Shown here: piece by piece, positions 15,387 to 15,519 of the stretch
How positions within the stretch are numbered: the first letter of the stretch is position 1
How the letters are laid out: each line of letters begins with the position of its first letter
DNA from: Thermodesulfobacteriota bacterium
GTDB lineage: Bacteria > Desulfobacterota_D > UBA1144 > Nemesobacterales > N074bin48
Reading direction: 5' to 3'
DNA: 15,519 nt
Assembly (NCBI GenBank): GCA_041572575.1
Contig: JBFFSH010000062.1
Location: forward strand, 1-15,519
Translations under genes and position numbers: made by a program
Notes under the pieces: model-generated
The model's database searches: none
Told to the model about the DNA's origin: nothing
What the model saw: only the letters and a program-made list of their open reading frames with translations

Positions 15387-15519
15387 GGAGCTCGCATAGA
15401 ACAGAGCTATAAGTAATGCAGAATCTCCTTTATTTTATTAACTAAATCTACATTTCTGTTATTAAATCTAAATTCCATCTCTTTTAGATACAAAACAAAG
15501 TGTTTTCTGTCAATTCCAT
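15387..15519 (-). mobile_element. Right end of IS1595/IS1016-type insertion sequence
   Basis: Terminus GGAGCTCGCATAGA resembles the IS1016-group GGGGCT-N4-TAGA inverted repeat and lies 20 bp past the transposase stop. The flank TAAATTAA is AT-rich. Confidence 0.7.
15407..15517 (-). CDS. IS1595-family (IS1016-like) transposase C-terminal fragment (truncated by window edge)
   Basis: Manual translation GIDRKHFVLYLKEMEFRFNNRNVDLVNKIKEILHYL* matches the G(I/V)xxxHFxLYLKExE(W/F)RFN signature. Confidence 0.85.
   Translation of the reverse strand, partial: GIDRKHFVLYLKEMEFRFNNRNVDLVNKIKEILHYL

Overview
AT-rich bacterial accessory region bounded by two partial insertion sequences that the ORF track misses. 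At the left edge are the 3' end and right end of an IS3-family element, followed by a second orphan IS3-like end. At the right edge is the 3' end of an IS1595/IS1016-type element. The main unexplained structure is a ~39-bp intergenic direct repeat (consensus GAGTTCGAAGNGTATACAAGAGCCCCAGAAATTAYTTTT) present six times in one orientation between 364 and 9027. It divides the DNA into 0.9-2.4 kb self-contained gene modules: GFA+nitrilase; secreted Cys-repeat protein+PAS-LuxR; MscS; a methyltransferase pseudogene; and HxlR+oxidoreductase+CMD. The layout resembles a gene-cassette array, but the sites do not match attC, dif or CRISPR, and no recombinase is visible in the window. Further right are a CBS protein, a probable sigma54-driven Met/Cys-rich + SHOCT pair, a membrane protein, a Hanks-type Ser/Thr kinase and an unusual histidine-phosphatase/6-phosphofructokinase fusion. 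All calls come from reading the sequence by eye; no searches were run.
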